A stretch of DNA of 64,000 bases from an uncultured delta proteobacterium (GCA_963711835.1 CAVQFQ010000004.1:160001-224000); one strand, 5' to 3'; counted from the first letter of the stretch, positions 10,313-20,997 are shown. Notes: generated by a model from the sequence alone, not told the origin. Made by a program: numbers and translations.

Positions 10313-10990
10313 CTAACGGGTCCGGTAACCGCAGCGTTTATCGGCTTTAAGCATAAGTTCCGTCAATCGTTGCTCCAGTTCCAGACGCAAGGCCTCCAAC
10401 TCCGCTTTGGAACAATCCTCAGGAACTTCCAGAGGGGGGGCATAAGAAACCTGGACCTCAGAGAAGGGTAAAGGGATCATGGTCTTATCCCAGCTTTTTT
10501 CCAGGGTCAGGCAATGCCTGGCGGACCAGATGGCCGGCAGGATAGGGAGGCCGGTTTTTTGGGCCAGGATGAGCAGACCTTTCTGTGCCCGGTAACGGGG
10601 ACCTTGAGGTCCATCCAGGACGGTGGAACACAACCGGGTCCCGCCCTTGATGTCTTTTATCATTTGAAGCAAGGCCCTTTCCCCTCCCCGGGTGGATGAA
10701 CCCCTGACCGTCTTAGCCCCGCATTTCTCGGCAAACCGGGCCAGGTAATCGCCGTCACGGCTTTGACTGAACATAATCAGGGGATGAAAAGAGCCGTAAA
10801 AATAAGAAAAGAATATGGCGGCCCGGTGCCAGGAGGTCCCGATAAATGAGCGGGTACCCAAAAAAAATTCCCGATGAAGATCCGGTTCAAGGATTTTAAT
10901 TCGACAGCTACCGAACCAGGTTTTTAGGATGAGATGGGCGGCGGCAACCAGGCTTTGCAGACCGATCTCTCCCAGCCCGGCTGAATTCAT
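10313..10990 (-). CDS. DUF374 / lysophospholipid acyltransferase-like protein
   Basis: WH, SQSRDG, RGSSTRGG, DGPQGP, SWDKTMIPLPFS. Confidence 0.85.
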   Translation of the reverse strand: MNSAGLGEIGLQSLVAAAHLILKTWFGSCRIKILEPDLHREFFLGTRSFIGTSWHRAAIFFSYFYGSFHPLIMFSQSRDGDYLARFAEKCGAKTVRGSSTRGGERALLQMIKDIKGGTRLCSTVLDGPQGPRYRAQKGLLILAQKTGLPILPAIWSARHCLTLEKSWDKTMIPLPFSEVQVSYAPPLEVPEDCSKAELEALRLELEQRLTELMLKADKRCGYRTR

Positions 10991-10996
10991 GGGGAT

Positions 10997-11407
10997 TTAT
11001 TGTTCTCCTTTTGGAAAGGGGATCTTATAAAACTCCACCCCTTCTCGTTTTAAAACCTCTTCCTCATCGGCGGTGGAAGTGCCGCGGATATTCCTTTTAT
11101 CATTTACGCCGTAATGCATCTTTAAAGCCTCTTTGGCGAAATCGGTTCCGACTTCCTCGAACTGCTCTTCGATAATCTTTTGTATTTGTTTCCATTTATT
11201 TTGAGGGGTTTCGCCCTCTTCAACCTTTTCAGGAACCCGGGAACGGCGTTTAATGGTCACCGGGGACAACAACTGGCTGATTTGGTTATCCTCACACAGC
11301 GGGCAATGAATCTCCCCGGCCGCCCTTTGTTTTTGAAAGGCCTCGCTGTTGGCAAACCAGCCCTCAAATGAATGCTCCCGGGAACATCGTAACTCCAACA
11401 CCATCAT
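10997..11407 (-). CDS. DUF1178 family protein
   Basis: C..EHSFEGWF, CPLC, FEEVGTDFAKEALKMHYG, RNIRG. Confidence 0.9.
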   Translation of the reverse strand: MMVLELRCSREHSFEGWFANSEAFQKQRAAGEIHCPLCEDNQISQLLSPVTIKRRSRVPEKVEEGETPQNKWKQIQKIIEEQFEEVGTDFAKEALKMHYGVNDKRNIRGTSTADEEEVLKREGVEFYKIPFPKGEQ

Positions 11408-11469
11408 AGGGTTGACTTACCTCTTATGGTAGACCTAAAATCAAAGGAATAATCCTTGTTCTCTGAAGA

Positions 11470-12249
11470 TCAGATGAACCCTTCTTCGAACAACTCCCGC
11501 AAGACCTGGCGGATGGGCAATCCTTTTTCCACCAAAGCCTGCTGGCCGTAATTCATATTGGCTTCCAGGACCAGCCAGCCTTTATCAGGACTATGGCACA
11601 GATCAAGGCCGACGTCATCAAAATTGCAGAGCCGGGTCAAACGGCCGGCAAATTCCAGGGCGGCTTTGGGAATATTTTCAAAAGCCACGGAAGCCCCCTG
11701 GGCCAGATTACTCCGGAACTCCCCGGTCCGGGCGATCTTCCAATAGGCTAAAATGATTCGATGTTGGATCAGGATAACCCGCAGGTCTTTCACCAGGGGA
11801 ATATATTCCTGGATATAGGCTACGGCTGAAAGGCGCAGGTAGTGATTCAACTCCTCTTCGTTATGGACCAAATAAACACCCTTTCCCATGGAAGAGCCCC
11901 TGGGGATCTTGGCAATAAATGGAAACGGAAACTCCTCCGGGATAGCCTTTTTCTGGTGTCCGAAAAAAATCTTGGTCCTGGGATGGGGGATACCCAAAAG
12001 CTGGAAAAGGGCCGTCTGTCTGATCTTGTCTCCTGAATAGACATAACTTTCCCGGCTGGGAAATATTTTCTTTCCCAGGGTTATAAAAAGATCCACATAG
12101 AATTTCGTGGGGTAATAGACCTTTTCAGCCTCCCGGATAAGCCTTTTTTCTTCCTCGTCATAGTCGTCAAAGTTGGGCAGGGCCCGCAGGACCCGGACCC
12201 CCGGACATTCCCGGAATCGATGGCTGAAAGCTATGCGTTGTCCTTTCAT
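11470..12249 (-). CDS. RimK-like ATP-grasp ligase
   Basis: DKIRQ, GSSMGKGV, YIQEYI, DLRV, FRSNLAQG, LEAN. Confidence 0.85.
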   Translation of the reverse strand: MKGQRIAFSHRFRECPGVRVLRALPNFDDYDEEEKRLIREAEKVYYPTKFYVDLFITLGKKIFPSRESYVYSGDKIRQTALFQLLGIPHPRTKIFFGHQKKAIPEEFPFPFIAKIPRGSSMGKGVYLVHNEEELNHYLRLSAVAYIQEYIPLVKDLRVILIQHRIILAYWKIARTGEFRSNLAQGASVAFENIPKAALEFAGRLTRLCNFDDVGLDLCHSPDKGWLVLEANMNYGQQALVEKGLPIRQVLRELFEEGFI

Positions 12250-12271
12250 AGGCAGCGGAGCCTGACCCTAA

Positions 12272-13066
12272 TTACCGTATGATGGAACGACCGGGATAAT
12301 AACCCGCTTTAACAGTCACATTCGGACCCACCAGACATCCCGGACCCAAGAGGGTCCCGGGATTGGTAACCGAATTGCAGCCGGTTTCCGTCCTATCACC
12401 CATGATGACTCCCAATTTCCTCAGGCCCGTGTCAACTTGTTTTTTCTGGTAGATAATTTTAATGGAACCCCTGATCATCTTTAAGTTGGCCAACTTGGTT
12501 CCGGCCCCCAGATTGCAGTCTTTTCCCAAGACGCTATCCCCGATATAGGCAAAATGGCCCGCCTTGGCCCCGGAAAGCATTACGGCGTTTTTCATTTCCG
12601 TAACATGGCCTACCACACACCCGTCGCCTACCAGACAACCTCCTCTTAAATAAGCCCCTTGACGGACCTCGGTCTGCCTTCCGATAAGGGTTGGACCTTG
12701 AATAAAGGCCCCGGGCTCCACCACGGACCCTTCACCGATAAAGATCTCTTTCCCAGCCAGGGTAACGCCGCCATAGATGACCGTGGCCCCGACTAATTCC
12801 TGATTCTCGAAAACCACCTTGCTCGTCCCCTTGGTAGCTTCTCCGGGAATGAAGGTGAATCCGTCCTCCAGGACCTTCCCCTTATAAAGGACCACCATCT
12901 TGGATAGGTAAGGGCCTTGCTGAAGGATTTGCCCCACATTGGGTACCAGTCGTTCCCCAAGGTAGGATTTAATCCGGGGCAAGACTTCCCAGACCGATTC
13001 CACCCCTTTAAAGATCTCGGCATGCTCCCAATCTACAATATCAAAAAAAAGTCCCGGTTGAAACAT
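12272..13066 (-). CDS. GlmU-like left-handed beta-helix (hexapeptide) transferase, lacking a full nucleotidyltransferase domain
   Basis: HFAYIGDSVLG..CNLGAGTKLAN, TGLRKLGVIMGD, GCNSVTNPG. Confidence 0.8.
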   Translation of the reverse strand: MFQPGLFFDIVDWEHAEIFKGVESVWEVLPRIKSYLGERLVPNVGQILQQGPYLSKMVVLYKGKVLEDGFTFIPGEATKGTSKVVFENQELVGATVIYGGVTLAGKEIFIGEGSVVEPGAFIQGPTLIGRQTEVRQGAYLRGGCLVGDGCVVGHVTEMKNAVMLSGAKAGHFAYIGDSVLGKDCNLGAGTKLANLKMIRGSIKIIYQKKQVDTGLRKLGVIMGDRTETGCNSVTNPGTLLGPGCLVGPNVTVKAGYYPGRSIIR

Positions 13067-13100
13067 AGTGGCTTACGACCTCGATTGTAAAAATTTGTCT

Positions 13101-13880
13101 TTACCAGAGATAGCGGACCGGAACCCCCCGGTCCTTTAAATAGGCCTTTATTTGACGGATGGTATAGGTCCCGTAATGGGTCATGGAGGCGATCAGGGCC
13201 GCATCGGCTTTAGCCTCCTTAAGAACTTGGCCAAGGTGCTCGGGGGCCCCGGCCCCGCCGGAGGCAATGACCGGGATGGTCACCGCCTCGGAAATGAGCC
13301 GGGTCAAGGCCATTTCGTAGCCTTCCCGGGTTCCATCGGCATCTATGGAGTTCAAACAGATTTCACCGGCGCCCAAACGCTCGGCCTCCTGGGCCCACCA
13401 AAGGGCATCGATACCGGTAAAAGTCCGGCCGCCCTGAATGACCATTTCATACCCGGAAGGGATGGCCCTGGAAACCGCCACCTTTTTGACGTCCATACCC
13501 AACACAACGCACTGACTCCCAAAGGCCTTGGCCCCTTCCTGGATGAGGGCCGGGTTCCTGATGGCGGCTGAATTGACGCTGATCTTTTCCGCCCCGGCCA
13601 GGAGCACCTGGCGCATCTCTTCCACACTGGCAATGCCTCCCCCCACCGAAAAGGGGATAAAGATCTCTTCGGCCACCCGGCCAACCACCTCAATCATGAT
13701 GCCCCGCTGCTCAGCCGAGGCGGTGATATCATAAAAAACCAGTTCGTCGGCCCCTTCCTCGTAATAGAACCGGGCCATCTCCACCGGGTCCCCGATGTCG
13801 ATATTATTCTTAAACCGGATGCCCTTGGTGGTCTTGCCTTCGCGGACGTCCAGACAGGGAATGATGCGCTTACTCAGCAT
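13101..13880 (-). CDS. hisF: Imidazole glycerol phosphate synthase cyclase subunit
   Basis: [33 protein letters not shown]. Confidence 0.97.
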   Translation of the reverse strand: MLSKRIIPCLDVREGKTTKGIRFKNNIDIGDPVEMARFYYEEGADELVFYDITASAEQRGIMIEVVGRVAEEIFIPFSVGGGIASVEEMRQVLLAGAEKISVNSAAIRNPALIQEGAKAFGSQCVVLGMDVKKVAVSRAIPSGYEMVIQGGRTFTGIDALWWAQEAERLGAGEICLNSIDADGTREGYEMALTRLISEAVTIPVIASGGAGAPEHLGQVLKEAKADAALIASMTHYGTYTIRQIKAYLKDRGVPVRYLW

Positions 13881-14508
13881 CACGGCCTTCCCATTCCGAA
13901 AAGGCTTTCAACAGTCCCAGGCCCGGCGGTCCGCTTTTTTCCGGGTGGAATTGAAGAGCGATGAGGTTCTTATAGGCCAGGGCCGATGGAAAATCGATCC
14001 CGTAATCGGTCTTACCCAAAATCATACTTTCCTCTCCGGGCGAGGGAAAATAAGAATGGACAAAATAAAAAGCCATTTGGAGGAATCGTTCCGGGACCGC
14101 CGGATGTTTCCGGGTCCAGTCCACAGTGTTCCAGCCCATATGAGGTATTTTTAAAGGCCGCCCTTCCCGATCCGAAAGAGGATCGGGGAAGCGAAGGACC
14201 TGCCCGGGAACAAGGCCCAGACAAGGGGTCCGGTTTTCCCGGCTGAACTCCAGAATCACCTGGGTGCCCAAACAAATGCCCAGAAGAGGCCGGCCGGAAA
14301 GGAAAAAGTCCTTTATGGCCCGGTCCAGGCCGGTGCTCTTCAGGTTTTTCATAGCTTCACCGGCTGCCCCCACACCGGGGAAGATGACTCTTTCCGAGGC
14401 CCGGATCAGGGCCGGATCGCCGGTAACTCGGCAGGGGATCCCCAACTTCTTCAGAGCCCGCTCCACGCTGGTGAGGTTCCCGGCTTTATAATCTATGATA
14501 CTGATCAT
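13870..14508 (-). CDS. hisH: Imidazole glycerol phosphate synthase glutaminase subunit
   Basis: PGVG, GICLG, PHMGWN, YFVHSY, QFHPEKS. Confidence 0.97.
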   Translation of the reverse strand: MISIIDYKAGNLTSVERALKKLGIPCRVTGDPALIRASERVIFPGVGAAGEAMKNLKSTGLDRAIKDFFLSGRPLLGICLGTQVILEFSRENRTPCLGLVPGQVLRFPDPLSDREGRPLKIPHMGWNTVDWTRKHPAVPERFLQMAFYFVHSYFPSPGEESMILGKTDYGIDFPSALAYKNLIALQFHPEKSGPPGLGLLKAFSEWEGRDAE

Positions 14509-14541
14509 GATCTGGTTGTTATCAGTTCCCTTTTCTATTTC

Positions 14542-16287
14542 CTAACCTGTTAGGCCTGCCGAACCGCGGCCCTTATCAGAAACAGGTCCTGACCGGTTTT
14601 CCTCAATCCCCGGAAAGAGCAGGATGAATTCAGCTCCTTTCCCGGGATGGCTTTCCACCCTGATCAATCCCCCATGATCGGAGACTATTTTTTGGACAAC
14701 GCTTAACCCTAAACCCGTTCCCTTTTCCTTGGTAGTAAAGAAGGGCTCAAATACCTTGGCTAACTCGTTGGGGGGAATGCCGGGGCCGTTGTCTCGAACG
14801 GTGAGCTCTACCCACCCCCGGTAAGGGTCGGTGTCCTGTTTCCGGGCCCCTATCCGAATAAGACCGTCGTCCGGAACGGCCTGGAGGGCGTTGATCAGGA
14901 GATTCCATAATACCTGGGAGAATTCCCCTTTGGCAATCTTTAAATGAAGAGGCGGTTCCACGGCCACCTCCCATTGAATGGAGGCCGGAAATTTTTTATT
15001 TTTTTTAATCAGGGTGATCGTATCATGAATGAGTTCTATCAGGTCGAAGGAGGCCACCGGGGTCTGGGCCGGCCGGGCAAAGGTTAGAAAGTCAGCCAGC
15101 AGGGTGTCCAGTTTGTTGACTTCCCGGGAGACGATTTTTAAAAGCCGTTCTCCGCTTTCACTGCCTTTGATTTCATCGGTCAGGACTTGGATGGAACCGC
15201 TGATGGAAGCCAGGGGATTACGGACTTCGTGGGCAAATCCGGCCACCATTTGCCCCATCAAAGCCAGTCGGTCCACTTGGCGGAATCGTTCCTCCATGGC
15301 TTTAATCTGAGTAATATCCTTAAAAGACAGGATGCCGCCGACCCCTTGGGAGCGGAAGTCGTTGACCCGGATCATCGAAAACCCCAACCGCAGCGATTGG
15401 CCCCGGGGGTTCCGATAGAGGATCTCAAAACGTTCCGGTTCAGAAGCCCCATTCTTCTCGAGAGGCCTTTCCAGTTCCGCTGCAATCTTCCCCACCGGCT
15501 GTTGAATTATCTCAGGGGAAGACAGGCCCAGAACCTTCTCTCCGGCCGGATTAATGCTCAGGACCAGGCCTTTTTGATTCAGGGTAATGATGCCGAAATC
15601 CAGATTTTCAAAGATAACCTTGTTTCTCTCCTCCAAGTCATTCAGATCCCTTTTCTGGGATTCGATCTGACTGGATTGCTTCCGGGATTCCTCGGAAAAA
15701 AGGCTGGCCAGATAACCGACGAAAAAAAATCCGGCCCCATTCAAACCCAGTTGATAAAGATAATAATGGAAGGAATAGGGCGAAACCTTGAAGGTCGTGC
15801 CGGGATAAAAGGGGATCAACCCCCGACCTTGCAGCAGCAGGAGGAGCGCATACCAGAGGCTGACGTATAAGGCGGTCAGGAGACCGCCCCGGCGGTAGAA
15901 AAGCGTACAGGCCCCCAGGATAACGAGGAAATAAAGATAGGAGAAAAAGCTCTCAATGCCCCCGGTAAGGTACACCGCAGCAGTTACAAAAAAGCCGTCC
16001 ATGAGGACCTGGAAGATAGCCAGCCTCCTGACCGATCGGCTCCGGAAGAGGATGACCAGATAGAGAAGGGAGAAAAAATATTGCAGGGCAATCCAAAAAT
16101 ACAGTTTGGGGAAGGAAATGGAAGACAGGGGGCTGGTTTCCTTTTGCTGCAAAAACACGGTCAGCAAAAGGATAAAGGAAACGAAAACCAGTCTCCACAA
16201 GATAAGTCCATTCGTTTTTTGGAACAACCCCGGATCGGATCGGGAGCCGGTTTCCAGCCGCTCCGGGGGCCGACCGTTTCCTGTCAC
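14542..16287 (-). CDS. pilS: PilS-like membrane sensor histidine kinase
   Basis: Multi-TM N-terminus, PAS region, AHEVRNPL, NLLINA, DNGPG, FFTTK..GTGLGL; directly downstream of pilC. Confidence 0.85.
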   Translation of the reverse strand: MTGNGRPPERLETGSRSDPGLFQKTNGLILWRLVFVSFILLLTVFLQQKETSPLSSISFPKLYFWIALQYFFSLLYLVILFRSRSVRRLAIFQVLMDGFFVTAAVYLTGGIESFFSYLYFLVILGACTLFYRRGGLLTALYVSLWYALLLLLQGRGLIPFYPGTTFKVSPYSFHYYLYQLGLNGAGFFFVGYLASLFSEESRKQSSQIESQKRDLNDLEERNKVIFENLDFGIITLNQKGLVLSINPAGEKVLGLSSPEIIQQPVGKIAAELERPLEKNGASEPERFEILYRNPRGQSLRLGFSMIRVNDFRSQGVGGILSFKDITQIKAMEERFRQVDRLALMGQMVAGFAHEVRNPLASISGSIQVLTDEIKGSESGERLLKIVSREVNKLDTLLADFLTFARPAQTPVASFDLIELIHDTITLIKKNKKFPASIQWEVAVEPPLHLKIAKGEFSQVLWNLLINALQAVPDDGLIRIGARKQDTDPYRGWVELTVRDNGPGIPPNELAKVFEPFFTTKEKGTGLGLSVVQKIVSDHGGLIRVESHPGKGAEFILLFPGIEENRSGPVSDKGRGSAGLTG

Positions 16288-16314
16288 TGGCTGATCCTCC
16301 TTTTTAGGGCCGAT

Positions 16315-17523
16315 TTATCCGCTGATGGCCTCGGCCATTTTAAAGATGGGCAGGTACATGGCAATAACCAGACCCCCCACCAAGCCTCCCAGAATGACCA
16401 TTAAAATGGGTTCCATCATGGAGGTCAAGGTGTTAACAGCGGCATCCACATCATCATCGTAAAAATCAGCGATCTTATTGAGCATGGTATCCAATTCCCC
16501 GGAAGCCTCCCCGACCTGGATCATCTGGGTTACCATGGGCGGGAAGACCCCGCTTTCGGCCAGGGGCTCCGAAATGGTTTTCCCCTGGCTGATGCTCCCC
16601 CGGGCCTTGATAATGGCTTTTTCGACCACCTTGTTGCCGGACGACTTGGCCACAATGTCCATGGCTTCCAGGATCGGAACCCCGCTGCTGACCATGGTCC
16701 CGAAGGTCCGGGTGAATTTGGCCACGGCCACTTTGCGCATCAAGGGGCCGAAGATGGGAACCCGCAGCGTCAAATCATCCAGGATATGCTTTCCTCTCTC
16801 GGTGCGGTAAAACCGCCGCAGGAGAAACAGCATCACCCCAAAGCCGGCCACCAGGAAAAAAAAGTTTTCGGTCACCAAGCGGCTTAAGCCGATGACAAAT
16901 CGAGTCGGGGCCGGTAAGGCGTGGCCGAATTCGGCAAACATTTTTTCAAAAACGGGTATAACGAAGATCAGAATAATAGCCATTACAATAATGGCCACGC
17001 TGATGATTACCGCGGGATAGACCAGGGCGCCCTTGACCTTTTTTTTAAGCTTGAGGGTTTTTTCAATGTAGCTCGACAGACGGGTGAGAATAACATCCAG
17101 AACCCCGCCCATCTCACCGGCTTCAACCATATTGGTATACAATTCATTGAATATTTTTGGGTGTTTTTTCAGGGCTTCCCCCAGGGACTGCCCGCTTTCC
17201 ACATCTCCTTTTATCCGGGAAATGACCTTATGAAAAGCCGGGTTTTCCTGTTGTGCGGCCAGGATATTTAAACATTGGACCAACGGCAGGCCGGCATTGA
17301 TCATGGTGGCAAACTGGCGGGTAAAAATGACCACGGTTTTTTCAGGGATTTTGCGCCGGAAGGAGAATTTGGTTAAGGGTTTATCCCGTTTTTCCTGAAT
17401 CCGGACCGGAAATATCTGTTGTCTCCGAAGCTGGAGCCGGGCTACGGCCACATTTTCAGCCACCAATTCCCCTCTTTTTACTTCACCCAACTTTGACTTC
17501 CCTTCCCAGGTATAAGTCGGCAT
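16315..17523 (-). CDS. pilC: Type IV pilus platform protein
   Basis: FTRQFATMINAGLPL, AGEMGG.L, GEASGELD, MYLPIF. Confidence 0.95.
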   Translation of the reverse strand: MPTYTWEGKSKLGEVKRGELVAENVAVARLQLRRQQIFPVRIQEKRDKPLTKFSFRRKIPEKTVVIFTRQFATMINAGLPLVQCLNILAAQQENPAFHKVISRIKGDVESGQSLGEALKKHPKIFNELYTNMVEAGEMGGVLDVILTRLSSYIEKTLKLKKKVKGALVYPAVIISVAIIVMAIILIFVIPVFEKMFAEFGHALPAPTRFVIGLSRLVTENFFFLVAGFGVMLFLLRRFYRTERGKHILDDLTLRVPIFGPLMRKVAVAKFTRTFGTMVSSGVPILEAMDIVAKSSGNKVVEKAIIKARGSISQGKTISEPLAESGVFPPMVTQMIQVGEASGELDTMLNKIADFYDDDVDAAVNTLTSMMEPILMVILGGLVGGLVIAMYLPIFKMAEAISG

Positions 17524-17597
17524 ATCCTAACCCTTATCTTCTCCGTTTTGGTTCCAGCGAAGTCCTTTTCGAATTCCTGTCTTCGGGACCCGGCCTT

Positions 17598-19304
17598 TTA
17601 TTGGTCCTCATCCTTATCGGTAACCCGCAAAATTTCTTCCAGGGTCGTAACGCCATTTCTGACCTTCTGGATTCCGGCCTCCCTCAAGGTAACCATCCCA
17701 TCGGCTCGGGCCGTTTTTTTGATTTTCGCGGCCGAGGCCCTTTCAAAGACCATTTCTTTCAGGTTGGTGAAAAAAGGCAGGACCTCATAGATGGCCAGGC
17801 GGCCCCGGAAGCCGGAAAAATTACAGCTTGGACACCCGGTCCCCTCCCAAATTTCATGCTGGGCTGGATCCAGATGGAATTCATTTAAAAGATCCGAAGT
17901 CTTTTCCACCCTTCTTCGGCACTGGGGGCAAATCTTTCGCACCAGCCTCTGGGCCACCACTAAGTTGATGGAGGAGGAGACTAAGAAGGGCTCTATGCCC
18001 ATATCCAGCAGACGGGTGACCGAAGCCGGGGCATCATTGGTATGAAGGGTGCTCAAAACCAAGTGCCCCGTCAGGGCGGCCTTAATGGAGATCTCAGCCG
18101 TTATGGCATCTCGAATTTCTCCTACCATAATAATATCAGGGTCTTGGCGCAGAAAAGCCCGGAGGACATTGGAAAAACTCAGGCCGATTTCCTCATGGGC
18201 CTGAACCTGATTGATGCCGTACATATAGAGTTCCACCGGGTCCTCCACGGTGGAGATGTTTTGAGTCGTTTTATTCAGCTCCTGTAACGTGGAATAGAGG
18301 GTCGTGGTCTTGCCGCTTCCGGTCGGCCCGGTGACCAGAATCATGCCGTAAGGTTTATGAATCGCCTCCGAATAGATCTGCAGGGCCTCGGCCTCAAAAC
18401 CCAACAATTCCAGATTGACCTGAAGGGTGGATTTGTCTAAGAGCCGCAAAACGACCTTTTCCCCAAACAGGGTCGGCAAGACCGAAACCCGAAAGTCCAT
18501 TTCGCTGTCCTGCCCGAAGCGCAATCTTAAACGGCCGTCCTGAGGCAGCCTTCTCTCGGCGATATTCAGATTGGACATGATCTTTAATCGGGAAATGATG
18601 GCATTTTTGAGGGCCGTAGGCGGCGTCATGATTTCATAGAGGACCCCGTCGATGCGGTATCGAACCCGGAAAGAGCGTTCGTAGGTCTCAAAATGGATAT
18701 CGCTGGCACCCCGCTTGATGGCATCGATCAGGAGCAGATTGGTCAGCTTGACCACCGGGGCCTCTTTTGCAGCCACCTCCAGGTTTATTTCATCCAGTTC
18801 CTCTTCGGGCGGGATGAAATCCACCTCCAGTTCTTTAAAATCTTCAAGGGCTTGGCTTAAACTGGAGGTATGCTGGTAATGGCTGTCAATGGCTTCTTTC
18901 AGGCTTTTGTCCGGGGCCAAAAAGAGCTGGATGTTGCTGCCGGTCAGGAATTTAAGATCGTCCAGGGCATAGATATTGGAGGGATCGGAAATAGCCACCT
19001 TTAAGTGGGGACCGTCTTTTGAAATCGGCAGGATCTCATATTTTCTGGCAATGTGGGCCGGAATCAGTTCCAGCAGGGTCGGATCCGGTATGATGCTGGA
19101 AAGGTCAATCATGGGCAACCCGAAGTGCTTGGATAAAAAGTAACTCAGTGTTTTCTCGTCTATAAATCCTTTTTGGACCAAGAGGGCGCCGATTTTTTGC
19201 CTGCCCCCCATGCGCTTTTGCTCGGCCAGGGCCTCCTCCAGCTGTTGGGAGGTAATTTTTCTCTCCTGAAGCAATAATTCCCCGATCCGGCGGCTTTTAA
19301 ACAT
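17598..19304 (-). CDS. pilB: Type IV pilus extension ATPase
   Basis: N-terminal MshEN-like RIGELL motif, GASDIH, GPTGSGKTT, RQDPDIIMVGEIRD, TGH..STLHTND, two CxxC. Confidence 0.95.
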   Translation of the reverse strand: MFKSRRIGELLLQERKITSQQLEEALAEQKRMGGRQKIGALLVQKGFIDEKTLSYFLSKHFGLPMIDLSSIIPDPTLLELIPAHIARKYEILPISKDGPHLKVAISDPSNIYALDDLKFLTGSNIQLFLAPDKSLKEAIDSHYQHTSSLSQALEDFKELEVDFIPPEEELDEINLEVAAKEAPVVKLTNLLLIDAIKRGASDIHFETYERSFRVRYRIDGVLYEIMTPPTALKNAIISRLKIMSNLNIAERRLPQDGRLRLRFGQDSEMDFRVSVLPTLFGEKVVLRLLDKSTLQVNLELLGFEAEALQIYSEAIHKPYGMILVTGPTGSGKTTTLYSTLQELNKTTQNISTVEDPVELYMYGINQVQAHEEIGLSFSNVLRAFLRQDPDIIMVGEIRDAITAEISIKAALTGHLVLSTLHTNDAPASVTRLLDMGIEPFLVSSSINLVVAQRLVRKICPQCRRRVEKTSDLLNEFHLDPAQHEIWEGTGCPSCNFSGFRGRLAIYEVLPFFTNLKEMVFERASAAKIKKTARADGMVTLREAGIQKVRNGVTTLEEILRVTDKDEDQ

Positions 19305-19443
19305 AAGAGGTCACTTTCAGTAAAATAGTGATGGAGTCCCGCTTCAGCGGTCTTAGCGCCTGCATATTATTCTTTAAAATAACTTGACATTTTAAAATAA
19401 AATATTATAAATTAAAAAATTTTAAAGAAAGGGGGTGATACCC

Positions 19444-19725
19444 ATGGACTGTACCACGGTAAAAACCGGAACCGCTTGCACCTTCATGAGCCCCAACGGG
19501 TGCTCGTTTAATGGAGGATCCTGCTATCCCATTGTCGAAAAATGTCAGGGCTGCGACCGGGTAAAGGATTTCAGCAGCGGGCCCTTTTGCCTTTCCTATC
19601 CCGACCCTTCCCTTAAATGGAAGCTGGGCAACTGCAATTTGGCCACCAACCTGAAACCCAAGGCCCCGGCGCAAAATACCGCCAAGATCAATCCGCTGAA
19701 GGCCTCCAAGCGTAGTGCCCGATAG
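19444..19725 (+). CDS. PxxKW-family cysteine-rich protein
   Basis: 8 Cys, PSLKW, C-terminal KINPLKASKR; TTGACA at 19384 and GGGGTGA SD upstream. Confidence 0.85.
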   Translation: MDCTTVKTGTACTFMSPNGCSFNGGSCYPIVEKCQGCDRVKDFSSGPFCLSYPDPSLKWKLGNCNLATNLKPKAPAQNTAKINPLKASKRSAR

Positions 19726-19756
19726 CCTTTTTTCCCCCTCCGAAATCTCAACCCGA

Positions 19757-19802
19757 TGCTGCTGTGAGCCTTCCTGCATGCGCAGGAAGGCTCACAGCAG
19801 CA
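19757..19802. repeat. Perfect 21-bp stem-loop between convergent genes
   Basis: TGCTGCTGTGAGCCTTCCTGC-atgc-GCAGGAAGGCTCACAGCAGCA. Confidence 0.9.
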
Positions 19803-19806
19803 GGGC

Positions 19807-20997
19807 TTACCATTCCTTCAAGGTCTTTTCCAAACGATCCATCCCCTTTTCAATTAAAGGGAAGGCGGTGGCATAAGAAAAACGGAGACAACCGTCTTCT
19901 CCGAAGGCCACCCCGGGGACCACGGCCACCAGGGCTTTTTCAAGCAAATATTCGGATAGATCCAGAGAATTTGAGATAGTCCGATCTCCCGCTCGACGCC
20001 CGAAGAAGTTCGAAAAATTCGGGAAGATATAAAAGGCCCCCTGGGGCAGAGAAGCCTTGACACCCGGCAGGGCCCCTAACCGCCGGGCGATATAGTTCCG
20101 GCGCCGGTCAAATTCCAGGTTCATTTCCTGGATGAAATCCTGAGGCCCTTTCAAGGCCGCCAGGCTGGCTTTTTGAGCGATGGAAGTCGGATTGGAGGTG
20201 CTGTGGCTCTGAATGGTGGTGATGGCCCCGATAACCGCTTTAGGGCCGGCGACATAGCCTATCCGCCAACCGGTCATGGCATAGGCCTTGGAAACCCCGT
20301 TCACGATCAGGGTACGCTCCTTGAATTCAGGTCCCAGCATGGCCATGTTCCAGAAAGGCAGCCCATCAAAACGTATTTTATCATAAATATCATCGCTGAT
20401 GACCGTTAGGTCCTTTTCCAGGATAATCTTCCCCAGGGCCTTTAATTCCCCCTGGGAATAGACCGAACCCGTAGGATTGGAAGGACTGTTGAGAATAAGG
20501 GCTTTGGTCCGGGGGGTAACGGCTGAAGCCAAATCCTCAGGCGTTAACTTGAAACCGTTTTCTTCTCTGGTGGCAATGACCACCGGATCAGCCCCGGCCA
20601 GTTCGATCATGGGCGGATAGGAAACCCAGTAGGGGGCCGGTACCAGGACCTCGTCACCGGGGCCCCAAAGGGCCTGGGCAATATTATACAGGGCGTGTTT
20701 CCCGCCGCAATTAACGACCACTTCATTCAGGGTAAAGGTCAGGCCCAAGTCTTCCTGGAATCTGAAAATAACCGCTTCCTTGAGTTCATCGAACCCCCCG
20801 ACCGGGGTATACTTGGTAAACCCATCCCGCAGGGCTTGAATGGCAGCCTCTTTGATATGTTCGGGGGTATCAAAATCGGGCTCCCCCACCCCGAAGCTGA
20901 CAATATCGATGCCCGCCCGTATCATGGCCTTGGCCTTGGCATCCACGGCCAGGGTCAAGGAAGGTTTTATTTGCCGCACCCGTTCGGCTAATTCCAT
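19807..20997 (-). CDS. aspC: Aspartate aminotransferase-type PLP aminotransferase (class I/II)
   Basis: GEPDFDTP, NSPSNPTG, SDDIY, SKAYAMTGWRIG. Confidence 0.88.
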   Translation of the reverse strand: MELAERVRQIKPSLTLAVDAKAKAMIRAGIDIVSFGVGEPDFDTPEHIKEAAIQALRDGFTKYTPVGGFDELKEAVIFRFQEDLGLTFTLNEVVVNCGGKHALYNIAQALWGPGDEVLVPAPYWVSYPPMIELAGADPVVIATREENGFKLTPEDLASAVTPRTKALILNSPSNPTGSVYSQGELKALGKIILEKDLTVISDDIYDKIRFDGLPFWNMAMLGPEFKERTLIVNGVSKAYAMTGWRIGYVAGPKAVIGAITTIQSHSTSNPTSIAQKASLAALKGPQDFIQEMNLEFDRRRNYIARRLGALPGVKASLPQGAFYIFPNFSNFFGRRAGDRTISNSLDLSEYLLEKALVAVVPGVAFGEDGCLRFSYATAFPLIEKGMDRLEKTLKEW

